Part shown: positions 30,401 to 39,100 of the stretch, in pieces
How the letters are laid out: each line of letters begins with the position of its first letter
Position numbering within the stretch: the stretch's first letter is position 1
Assembly: GCA_965222605.1 (NCBI GenBank)
Contig: OZ244960.1
Location: 2,368,001-2,432,000, forward strand
DNA length: 64,000 bases
Reading direction: 5' to 3'
DNA from: Candidatus Latescibacterota bacterium
GTDB lineage: Bacteria > Latescibacterota > UBA2968
Made by a program: the position numbers and the translations under genes
Notes under the pieces: model-generated
The model's input: only the letters and a program-made list of their open reading frames with translations
Databases searched by the model: none
Told to the model about the DNA's origin: nothing

Positions 30401-30998
30401 AAATTATTTGATCTATGGTAGAAAAATACTCCATGAAGCTTTGCTCATCCGGATTGCTTCTGTGATGGGCAAAGCCTTCGATTTCCATCCAGACTTTATG
30501 AAATTGGTCACGCTTTGCTTCTTGAATCCTCGGATCGAACATGTCTGCCATCGGATCAATTTGCCCGATTGCTGATTGAATCTGTTCTCTGCGTGTTGGT
30601 CTCTGGTTCAATTCCAGGTACTGGTCAATCTTTCGAAGCGTTTTATCAAGTTGTCCATCAACCTCTTTATCCTTCCATTTTCCATCATATCGTGTCTTGT
30701 CCTTTATCCAGCGATTATATATGCCTCGTCGCATCCCCACTAAATCATGCGATCTTACCACATCGCTTTCACGGACTACTCTTGGAAGTTTTTCAAGAAG
30801 TTCCCTCAAAGACTGAGCAGCTTGCGAGATTCGGTCAGGATTGTATGTATTTTGGAGTGCGAAAAGGGCACCTAAATACCAGTCACCCAAGGGATATTCA
30901 TCTGTTTCTTTCGCCCTGAGCGCATCCAAAACCTGCCTCTGCGTTGCATCAAGAATCGGCGACATCGGTTGATTATTATCTGGGAAGTTTTCATTCAT
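27435..30998 (-). CDS. Large (1187 aa) protein: N-terminal HEPN-like domain plus a long alpha-helical region; putative anti-phage protein
   Basis: NPDRISQAAQSLRELLEKLP...EGFAHH; YRFFFEYVENPVWIPILKDQGFFNTPP motif seen in large defence proteins; AGAGGTG RBS upstream of ATG 30998. Confidence 0.6.
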   Translation of the reverse strand: MNENFPDNNQPMSPILDATQRQVLDALRAKETDEYPLGDWYLGALFALQNTYNPDRISQAAQSLRELLEKLPRVVRESDVVRSHDLVGMRRGIYNRWIKDKTRYDGKWKDKEVDGQLDKTLRKIDQYLELNQRPTRREQIQSAIGQIDPMADMFDPRIQEAKRDQFHKVWMEIEGFAHHRSNPDEQSFMEYFSTIDQIIFDLLAPITAQNQQEIRTILEKPAPTEDDINSMLELITRRGANYRFFFEYVENPVWIPILKDQGFFNTPPNVKPTDDGYVIYPFWSPLSYLKRVANNVPEQVVDILADIPETDNPRVLQEICEIACDIENIELSLKLKPRFTRYIKSPHKQISLYDLIAKIVNHWIGGSKDSIKAALELSKIAVSFRADPMSGEKQARRLENPKDWTTELKPSPLFDQWEYQQILENGIRPLCDQEPYQIARMLINATASMIRLSKHREDLDKEGDEDYSEIWCWRLNELDDSDYSESEETLVHTLTFACEEIFKKAPESIAILDNALRNQHWKIFKRLRQHLYALYPNEQTRPWIHEFILEHKDYAKWEHDYEFQLMIRKACEHFGASLLSKRERTTIFDAILSGPSREDFREWMGERFTEEGFQQRQRYFHRMQLRPFEHLQTGEYQNYFRELENTSGEKPLSDEDYSPIGKSKGGIVSYSSPRSVEDLTNFPDEELLHYINEWQEARYDFEQNESINIRALALTFQTAFKDTIIPNEKRLTFWLKNRDRIKRPIYVKAIVLAVQEHVKEQHYERLDLWFEFCEWVLSHPDIKRDQGERGDESREQPDWGSSRRAVGDFIGECLKEDMNVPFTARELLANILRLLCTQFDRQLDLNEPTLLSHNDQITEAINNTRSRALQDLVKFSLWVRRHDDKDKVPEVTSILEARFKAEAYYPLTMPERAILGMYYVQLWDLNQTWAVEHKAVFFPQDNLSVWVEAFGSFLRFNGPFKPTFEILREDFALALDHLADLKGRKHSIREIPDTLGEHLFSYYLWEVYPLKSEDSLLERFYEKTTDDKQRWTRLFDHVGSSLKNSGKHLGEDLRDRIVAFFDWRFEVKEPEELQLFTFWLEAECLDPDWRLDAYSKILDVSQPDSRSIFFGLDMLNEMLESHTAKVVECFAKITDSIDQSGRIYIDADKAKPILKAGLNSEDESVYKNAERAQETLLSAGYHGFLDI

Positions 30999-31035
30999 TG
31001 GGATATAAACACCTCTTTTGAAGGTTATTTCAACT

Positions 31036-31065
31036 AAAAAGAGGACTTGACCACAAGTCCTCTTT
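31036..31065 (-). terminator. Intrinsic terminator just upstream of the 1187-aa gene
   Basis: Perfect 12-bp IR AAAGAGGACTTG-TGGT-CAAGTCCTCTTT followed by TT on the minus strand. Confidence 0.7.
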
Positions 31066-31140
31066 GAAGGATTTCGCTCGGTTGTACCATCTTGCTCTAC
31101 GCAGATCCGAACGGGTCTGCGGTCGCAGTTCAACAGGTAT
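31036..31140 (-). ncRNA. Candidate ~105-nt structured small RNA or leader
   Basis: Upstream TTGACA and TATAAT hexamers; CGCAGACCCG-TT-CGGATCTGCG stem; ends in the terminator. Confidence 0.3.
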
Positions 31141-31206
31141 TAATTATAAATAACGAACAAATATACCATTGTCAAGGGCAGAGAATTTCTTCATCAAAAA
31201 ATAGAC

Positions 31207-31268
31207 TGGATCACGGCTCAACATCATGCCGCGATGACAGACGGGACGGCACGGGGACCGTCCCCTAC
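31207..31268. repeat. Composite repeat: GGATC..GCCGCGATGAC hairpin plus GTAG-type REP
   Basis: TGGATCACGGCTCAACATCATGCCGCGATGAC; minus strand GTAGGGGACGGTCCCCGTGCCGTCCC. Confidence 0.75.
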
Positions 31269-31282
31269 AACACCATCTCGAT

Positions 31283-31372
31283 CATCCCGCCAAATCTTCA
31301 TCCTGTTCATCCTTCGATATTCGCTACGCTCATTGTAGGCTTCGCCTGTGCCTGCCCATCCTGATTCTGACA
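31283..31372. repeat. AGGAT-palindrome copy D (loop end and right arm with insert)
   Basis: CATCCCGCCAAA..CATCCTGTTCATCCTT ... CCTGCCCATCCTGATTCTGACA. Confidence 0.8.
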
Positions 31373-31388
31373 GTTTTTTCACATCCCA

Positions 31389-32894
31389 TCATCTGAGAAG
31401 CATGAAGGTTGACAGGGGCATGCTAACAATTCGGGGATCGTCAACTTCTTCAGAATTGTCCTGTGTGATCAGCAGGCCAAAAGCGGCGTTGTTCACTGAT
31501 TTTTCGAGAAATGACCGAATGCCCAGCGTATCCCGTAAGGGATCTATCCTGCGTTGATATTTGATTTCTATCGGCACGCGTTGAGCGCCGACGGTCAAAA
31601 CAAAATCCACTTCACGGTCTGTTCCTCGTTCGGGGAAATGGGCGATGTCCAATCCGTGAATCGTCGAGGCAGTTGCGCCGAAAATACTCTCTGCGAGATG
31701 CCCGGCTATTGTGGTGAGTTCAGGACGCTCTGTCAGAGCTTCCGACGTCAATGGAATCTGCTCTTGAAGCCAACTGGCTCGCAAGCCGTGATCAACCAGA
31801 CAAAGTTTGGAACTCCCTCTCTTTCTTTTGAGCCGTAATTCAAGCGGAGGAATCAATCGAAGCAGAAGTGTCTCACCGAGAAATCTCAAATAGTGCGTCA
31901 CGCGCTGGCTGCCGATATTTGCGCCAAGCGATAGGCGCGCCTCGTCCGCAAGCATTGAAACCGTCGGCGTCTGCCCAGCGTAGCGACAAGTCAGGCGAAA
32001 AAGTTCTTCAAGCAATTGAGGATCTCTCTTTCGTCCGCGATCACCAACCCGAAGATCGTGTTGGATCACGCGCTTAATCACGGTCTCGTTCAACTGATCT
32101 GCAAGCACAGCCCATTCGACATCCTTCTGTTTGTGGACGATGGGATAGCCGCCGCGCTCTGAAAAATGCCGAAACGCCTCATTCCGAAATCCCGTGTTAT
32201 CCTCACCATGAGCACGCAGTTCCCGCCAGAAATTCTTGTCAATCAGAAAACGCAGGCCGTTATCCTGCAGGAATGGCTTCGGCGTTTCCAACTCGCGCAA
32301 CGCGCCGATTTCAGTGAGTGAAAGCACCCCCGCTTCAATGGTGTTAATGCGTCCTGCCAGACTATCACGGCCCCTTTCAATCCTCAGTGCAGAACTTCCA
32401 GTAACGACAACTTTTACTGAAGCATGATCTACGAGAAACTTGAGTTGTGCATGCCAGCCATCCAGATTCTGAATTTCGTCAAAAAAGAGATATGCCTTCT
32501 GCCCATCTCGCGCTAACGCATTGAAACGCGCCTCTGTTATCTTTCGTTCAAACCAGCGGGAAATGGCGAGAATCGGATCCTCTATCCTTTGCAACGATGC
32601 CAATTCCTCAAACTGCACGCGAAGGATGCTTGTGGGGGGCACGCCTTCGTCGAGCAAATCCGCAATGATTTGAAACTGTGCCGTCGTCTTTCCTACCTGG
32701 CGCGGGCCTCGCACCACGATGATAGGAGCTATCTCTGCATCCAGACGGCGACGTATCTGCGCGACCAGATGTCGGCGCGTCCGCGGTTGTGGCGGCATGA
32801 GATCGCCCTCCCACCACGGGTTCAGATCACGCAAGTCAGCGACCAATTGCGGCGCGAGCCAGCTATCGGCAAAAAGCGAATCCTGACTGCTCAT
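31389..32894 (-). CDS. AAA_14 ATPase with C-terminal DUF4143/PD-(D/E)xK-like domain
   Basis: NPWW, GPRQVGKTT, FFDEIQ, VTGSS, SLAGR, GGYP, EVDFV..PIEIKY. Confidence 0.87.
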   Translation of the reverse strand: MSSQDSLFADSWLAPQLVADLRDLNPWWEGDLMPPQPRTRRHLVAQIRRRLDAEIAPIIVVRGPRQVGKTTAQFQIIADLLDEGVPPTSILRVQFEELASLQRIEDPILAISRWFERKITEARFNALARDGQKAYLFFDEIQNLDGWHAQLKFLVDHASVKVVVTGSSALRIERGRDSLAGRINTIEAGVLSLTEIGALRELETPKPFLQDNGLRFLIDKNFWRELRAHGEDNTGFRNEAFRHFSERGGYPIVHKQKDVEWAVLADQLNETVIKRVIQHDLRVGDRGRKRDPQLLEELFRLTCRYAGQTPTVSMLADEARLSLGANIGSQRVTHYLRFLGETLLLRLIPPLELRLKRKRGSSKLCLVDHGLRASWLQEQIPLTSEALTERPELTTIAGHLAESIFGATASTIHGLDIAHFPERGTDREVDFVLTVGAQRVPIEIKYQRRIDPLRDTLGIRSFLEKSVNNAAFGLLITQDNSEEVDDPRIVSMPLSTFMLLR

Positions 32895-32982
32895 GACCAA
32901 TCCTTTCTCCAAAGTCTTGCATTGCGACAACGCGAAATTCCGGTTAGCTCCACATCCCTATAATATACAGCATCAGTGCCAA

Positions 32983-33068
32983 ATTCTGACAATTTCCACC
33001 ACATCCCGCCAAACCTGCCAAGCCCCCATCCTGTTCATCCTCCGATCCTGTCTATCCTGATTCAGACA
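32983..33068. repeat. AGGAT-palindrome copy E (loop and complete right arm)
   Basis: CCACATCCCGCCAAACCTGCCAAGCCCCC-ATCCTGTTCATCCTCCGATCCTGTCTATCCTGATTCAGACA; 36/41 inverted match to the copy A arm. Confidence 0.85.
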
Positions 33069-33989
33069 GTTGCCTCTCAAAGTGTCTCCCCTGCTTCGCT
33101 GCTTGCCATTGGTCTTCTGTATCGATCTCAGCGCCGGGATCGCCCTGTTGTTTCATCCAGCAATCGAGCTCGGCAGACAGGCGTTCTTTCGCCTCTGCGT
33201 GTGCGGGATCATCAGCCAGATTGGTCAACTCGCAGGGATCCTCGTCCATGCGATACAACTGTTCGGCGGGACGATGCATGTACCGATCCACCAAAAACCG
33301 CGTATGTTCATTAAACGTCGTATCAAAAACCCACGTTGGCCAGTACTGGTGCCATCTAAACTGCCCCATCAGATGCTTCTCAATATAGATCGCCTCGGGC
33401 GTGAGATTGCGAATATAGTGATACGTGCCATCCGTCACCGCGCGGATCGGATAGGGCGGACCCTCGGGAATATTATTATGCATAAAATACGCGAACTCCC
33501 GATGCTCATCTGCCTCGTCCAAAAGAACGGACATAAAACTCGACCCATCAAAATCAATCGCACCTATATCACCGCCCGCAGCTTCAATCAGCGTAGGCGC
33601 GACATCTTCATACTGAATAACCGCATCGGTATATCCCGGTCTCACCTTGCCGGGCCAGCGCACGACAAAACCCGTATGAACACCCGTATTCCAATTCGTC
33701 CACTTGCACCCGGGAAACTGCGACCCCTGTTCAGACGTAAAAATCACCAGCGTATTATCCGCCTGCCCGCTCTCATCCAGCACGACCCATTGCGCGCCGG
33801 ATACAACCCCGTATAAAGTGCCGTACGGCACGGATTGCACATCGCCATTGGCAAATACGCCCGATTAAAAACCAGACCATCACTTGCCAATCGATCAATA
33901 TTCGGCGTCTGCACATTCTGTCCGCCGTACAGCGACAAATCGAGATACGTCGCATCATCTGCAATCATAATCAAAATATTCGGCTCCAT
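33052..33989 (-). pseudogene. Sulfatase (heparan N-sulfatase-like) pseudogene with an internal deletion and frameshift
   Basis: N-part PNILIMIADD...CNPCRTALYTGLYPARNGSCW joins the C-part VLDESGQADNTLVIFTSEQG out of frame at GTGCTGGA (33776-33783). Confidence 0.85.
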
Positions 33990-35428
33990 AGCCCCTCCTT
34001 TTTCAGCCCCAATCGCACCAGCAACTCTGGCGGCGCATCAATAGCGCGCAATTTTTCAACCATCAGATTTTGCATACGGGACAGGGCATCTAATTCACTA
34101 TCGGCAAGATCATTCTCCTGATCGGGATCCGAAGGCATGTGATACAACCGCGTCTTGTGCTTCTCGGGATGTCGCGCAGGCGTCTGTTTGCTCCGAAGCA
34201 CATCGGCACCCCAATCAAACTGATTGCGATTGGCAACAATACTCGTATAAGCATACACCGGCGGATTGGACTCATCCACCCCCTGTAACAGCACATACTC
34301 CCCATCGGTAATATTGCACGTCCCTGAAAACTGACCGTACAAAATCGCATCGCGTCCGGACGCATTCTCATCCCGCAGAAACGGAATCAAACTCTGCCCA
34401 TGCAAATTCACCCTGTCAGGCACCGCCAACCCCATAGCCTCCAGCACAGTCGGAAAATAATCAACCGGCTGCACAAATTGCACGGGTCGCGAACCGTGAC
34501 CAAACTCGGGATGCCAAACAATCATCGGAATCCGCGAAATCTCATCCCACAACACCCAATTTTTTCCCGTGCGCCCGTGATCGCCATTGTGCGTCCCGTG
34601 ATCCGACGCAATAATAACCATCGTCTCATCCATCAACCCCATATTCTCAACCTGATCGAGAAAATGCCCCACCCAGCGATCCACCATCGTCACCTCACCC
34701 GCGTAAATCGCCTGCACCCGCTTCAACTCCGCCTCTGTCAAATTGCCCTCCACCCAATCGTAAGGCGCGACCGGATACTCCATCACATCGCCTTCCGAAT
34801 CATCGTACAACTTCACATAGTGCCGTGGCGGATCCCAAGGCTCGTGCGGATCAAAAGAATCAATCATCAAAAAGAACTCCTGATCGGCATTGTGCTGAAG
34901 CCATCGCGCCGCCCTTGAAAACAACTGCGGCGAAAACCAGTCGCGTTCTTCCTTGCGGATATATTGCGCATTGCGAAAATGCGGCTGATCGGGCTTGTTA
35001 TGCGGTGGATAATCCAGCGTCCGATTATCAAAAACAATATCCGAATCCGTCACATATCGATCCCGCTCCTGCCCCCGTACAAAATCAAATCCAGAAAACG
35101 GACGCCAGTACCCACTGCCCGGATTGCTCGTCCAGTGGTGATACACATCCGTAAAAAAGTAGGACACCTTACCCGCCTCATGCACCGTCCCACCCAGCGT
35201 CACATCATCAGGCTCTATACCACCCCAACCCCGCCACGGAAACTCGTATCGCCCCGTCGCAATATCCCGGCGACACGGCAGCGTGGGATACGAAGCAAAA
35301 TACGCATTCTCAAAAACCGCTCCCCGCTCGGCAAAACGATCTATATTCGGCGTATGAATCCGCGAATTGCCATAACACCCCACATGATCTCGACGCCAGG
35401 TATCCAGCACAATAAGAATAACATTCAT
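33971..35428 (-). CDS. Sulfatase-like hydrolase with a non-canonical TLPCR active-site motif
   Basis: NVILIVLDTWRRDH, PTLPCRR, FDPHEPWDPP, ASDHG. Confidence 0.88.
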   Translation of the reverse strand: MNVILIVLDTWRRDHVGCYGNSRIHTPNIDRFAERGAVFENAYFASYPTLPCRRDIATGRYEFPWRGWGGIEPDDVTLGGTVHEAGKVSYFFTDVYHHWTSNPGSGYWRPFSGFDFVRGQERDRYVTDSDIVFDNRTLDYPPHNKPDQPHFRNAQYIRKEERDWFSPQLFSRAARWLQHNADQEFFLMIDSFDPHEPWDPPRHYVKLYDDSEGDVMEYPVAPYDWVEGNLTEAELKRVQAIYAGEVTMVDRWVGHFLDQVENMGLMDETMVIIASDHGTHNGDHGRTGKNWVLWDEISRIPMIVWHPEFGHGSRPVQFVQPVDYFPTVLEAMGLAVPDRVNLHGQSLIPFLRDENASGRDAILYGQFSGTCNITDGEYVLLQGVDESNPPVYAYTSIVANRNQFDWGADVLRSKQTPARHPEKHKTRLYHMPSDPDQENDLADSELDALSRMQNLMVEKLRAIDAPPELLVRLGLKKEGLWSRIF

Positions 35429-35438
35429 AGAAAACTCC

Positions 35439-36134
35439 TCATGTATTTAAAATTTCTTCTACCCTCACCCGCAGATCCGCCACAGAACCACCCACGGTAT
35501 TGAGCACCACAGGCCCTTCATACCCATTCGCTTTGAGCGCGCGGACTACATCCGCATCATCTTCCCCAATCGTCACCATCCCGATGCGCCCAACATACTT
35601 ATCCACAATTCCAACAGCATTATCAACACACATCGCATTGAGCCAAATATGTGCGCGCTCGGGCAACTCTGGCATCAAAGCATCAAAATCCGCCGCACTT
35701 TCCAAACACGTATTCACCCCATTCCCTATATTCAGCGTCACATTGAGAATAGTTTCGAGCAACGCATGCACACCGCTCACCAGAGCCTCACGCGATTCGC
35801 GGGTACGCGCACCACTGAGAAAACTTGCACACCGCAAGCGCAGTGCCCGCGCCAGATGAATATCCCACTCAACCTGCCGAAAATTTGAACCTGGATCCAA
35901 CGCGCCCCTGTTATTCAACCCCGTCAAATCGCGCACATGTAACCCCATCAACGCCACACCCGCATCGTCAAAATAATCGCGAATCATCCTCACCGAAACG
36001 TCTGGATGAAATGGCGAACTCGCCGTAAAAGCACAATGCAACACCATAGCATCAAAACCCGCTGCCTTCGCAATATTCAAGGCAGCGGGCAACACGGCTT
36101 TTGGACACATAATTGGATCAAAACACAAACGCAA
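35439..36134 (-). CDS. Xylose isomerase-like TIM barrel protein, divergent
   Basis: AKAAGFDAM and LKANGYEGPVVL termini; metal-binding E/D/H residues not evident; TTG start. Confidence 0.55.
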   Translation of the reverse strand: MRLCFDPIMCPKAVLPAALNIAKAAGFDAMVLHCAFTASSPFHPDVSVRMIRDYFDDAGVALMGLHVRDLTGLNNRGALDPGSNFRQVEWDIHLARALRLRCASFLSGARTRESREALVSGVHALLETILNVTLNIGNGVNTCLESAADFDALMPELPERAHIWLNAMCVDNAVGIVDKYVGRIGMVTIGEDDADVVRALKANGYEGPVVLNTVGGSVADLRVRVEEILNT

Positions 36135-36171
36135 AACAGACCTCCAAAAAACAAAGAGAGCGCGTAGCGCA

Positions 36172-39100
36172 TTACCGCCACGACAACATTTTTAGATCGC
36201 GTTCCAATTCGGCACTCGAGAGGTATTTCGCGTCGAGGACAACGGCTTTGCCCGACTGCGTTACCGCCTCGATATTGAGCGGTTTGCCAACCCCTGAGCT
36301 GAGTGGCAAAATGACATTGTTGCTATACGCCGTGGAAGAACGCCCCAATAGGATAAAATCGATATCTTCCGGCAACTCTGCCCGCAGACTGCTCGCCCCC
36401 TGTGTGGTAATGGTCGAAAGCGCGACCTTGCAATTCGGGATATCCAGCGCATTCAAAGCCGACCGAAGTCGGTTGAGATTCATGCGCACCGAATTGCGCC
36501 AGTGCAGGGTCACGCCCGCTGTCCTGGCCAGCCTTGCACAGTTTTCAACGCCGCTTTGGAAGGCTTGCTTATCCGGTCCCAATCTGGCGGGCAGAATCAA
36601 TGCATCTCGCAGCCTCAACTGTTTCATCTTAGAGAAAACATCCTTTAAATAAGTCTGCGTCCATTCATACTGGTAAATCTGCTGCGGCATGAAGGTGATC
36701 TCTTTGTAGCCCTGCATCGCAGAACTAAAGTCCAGGACAACCGACACACCCGTGCGCAGGATAAAGTCCATGTCTTTGGCGATACGCGCATCTGACGCAG
36801 CATACAAATAGCCGGAGTCGATTATTACGCCGCCAAAGGTATCGAAGAAGCCATCCACATGTGCCACGGCGTTGGCTATGCTGCGGATGTTTTCGCGCAC
36901 GACAATATAGCGATTGGCATTCTGCTTCTCTACTTTGCCTTTTGGCTCACTTCGATAGGGCGCGGTCTTCCAATCCCTATAAGTCGCGCCCTGCATATCG
37001 GTATAGAGCTGATCGAAACTTTGATAGTCGCGATCATAGACCGTCGCACCATCGTCTCCCAGCAGTTCAGCGCGATGGAACAGCTTCATCTTTTCTAATA
37101 TTTCAACCCGCTCCTTTTCCGAACAGCCATGGGCATCAACCCGAATCTCAACTTTGTTGCGGTTGAACAGGCGCGAGGCTTCCCTCAGATACCGCGCATT
37201 GTAATCCAGCAATGCCTCTGGGCTAAAGACAAAGCCGGAAAGGTGCTGGATGAACATGGGCCAGACGCGAAGCAACTGTGTGGCATGCGCCACCGAATGC
37301 ACCTTCACATATTGCCCCCTGGGCTGTGCCTTTGGCTTCATTTCCGCAAGCTGTTTGACCTTTTCCTCTTTGAGCTTCACATGGAAAATGCGCACATTTG
37401 AGCCACTGATATAATGCGCGTCATCCACCTGTTGCTTCAATTTGTCCTCAAACTCATGGGGAAAAAAGAACGCTTCCCGTTTCAAATCCAAATCCAAAAG
37501 CTCCCGCTCCGTTATCGCGTCAATTTCACCGACATGGGATTGAATTTTGAATGGTCGAGTATCCAGCGCATCGTTAAATATGCCAACGAGATATTCCCCA
37601 TCGCCTAAACGATTCGCGATATGAGAAAGCCCATCTCCTACGGAGAACAACTGTTGCGACCTGAATGCGGCATCCAGAACACAACGCATGTGTTCTGTCA
37701 AAACATAGGGATATGGAAGCATCCTGTCATTGTTGAACAAGTCATCAAACTCTGTGGTATATCCTTGATGATGCTTTTGAATATCTTCGCGATCGGGCCA
37801 AGCGTAGCTCAGAGCCTCGCGATTTATGCCGAACGCGCTCATCACCAGAGTGATTTTTCCCTCGCCCAGAGCGATTTCGTACACGAGGGGCTTCCCCTCT
37901 ACAGTCGAAATCACGCTTGCGCCAGCGGGAATATTATTCGCCGTAAAAAAGCTGAAGCTATTGGGTTCTACAATATTTTCTCGATCCCTATAGGCCAGGG
38001 TCATCCCGGCTTTTATCTCATATAAGAGAGTAATTCTCCATTGCGGCCACATTTTTCCGGCATTCTCTGCGGTCACCACAAATTGCCCGCCACCTCTAAC
38101 ATAGTCTTCGACCTTGTCGGCTGTGTACAGAGGATCGCTCGCAAGGTCATTCGCCGCGACCACAACGCCGTAACGCTTGAGAACCTCTGGGCGCACATCG
38201 TGGGTGAGCACATCTGCAGCATCGCCATAAGGGGTGTCTGGCAGAAAATACCGCTGGCTGTTGTGAAGCGAATTGTTGGTGTGCCCCGGATAGAGCATGT
38301 TAAAGAGATTCAGCAATAAATGGTCGCCCGCCCGATACGGCAATTTTGTCCAAACCCTGAATGTTACAGCCTCCCTTTTTACTTCTGGTGCTCGCCAGCC
38401 ACAATGATAATCGACCAGCAGGGCAATCGGTGTTTGCATCACGCCTGGCGTGCCGTATTTATCTTGAAATTTCAGAAACTGATTGAACATATAGCCCGTT
38501 GGAGAGAGTTCAGGTGCTTCGTTGTAGCCCCTTTTCAACGCGCCTGTTTCCCAACCCATAAACACGCCGTTCCACATATACATCGTATAAAGCAACCGAC
38601 GCATCGCACTGACACTGCTCTCCGCATCGGAAACTTTGTGAAAATATATTCTGCGTTCCCGCCCCGCTGGCTCGCGTAAATTGTATTTCTCAAATGGCGC
38701 ATTTGGTTCGAGCGACGCACCGGCCGCCAGAATTTTTTTTTCGAGATGTCTTTTGTGTTTTTCCGTCAGCCAAAACGGATTGCCCGAGTGGGATCCCTGC
38801 CATAGCAAGCCGTATTGTTTTCCCATTCCCCGGATAAAAGCATAATGCACGCGCGGATTGATGCTGTTGCGATAAAAACACTGAGCACCTAATAGCGCGG
38901 TTGCTGCATCCGAGCCAGCATATTGCCACAGACTTCCATTGTGGTGCGACAAAATCCGATTGCCCGTTTGTTGCCCATACCACTGGTAGTGATCCAAAAA
39001 ATCGGCTGTCTGCCCAATGCGGGTTCTCGAAAAGGGGAAGACATGACCATGTGACAAATTGAGATATGACATGTCTGATTCGCCAAAGTGCATCCCCAAA

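Noticed and set aside
30999-31133. N-terminal extension of the 1232-aa ORF (likewise the extensions at 9682, 21774, 22888, 43794, 52274 and 56316)
   Set aside because: The extensions run through terminators, repeats or neighbouring genes. Downstream ATGs have better RBS or domain starts.
25057-33068. CRISPR array or classical integron interpretation of the repeats
   Set aside because: Intervals are whole genes rather than ~30-nt spacers, there are no cas genes, no clear RYYYAAC/GTTRRRY attC boxes were found, and no tyrosine integrase is present in the window.
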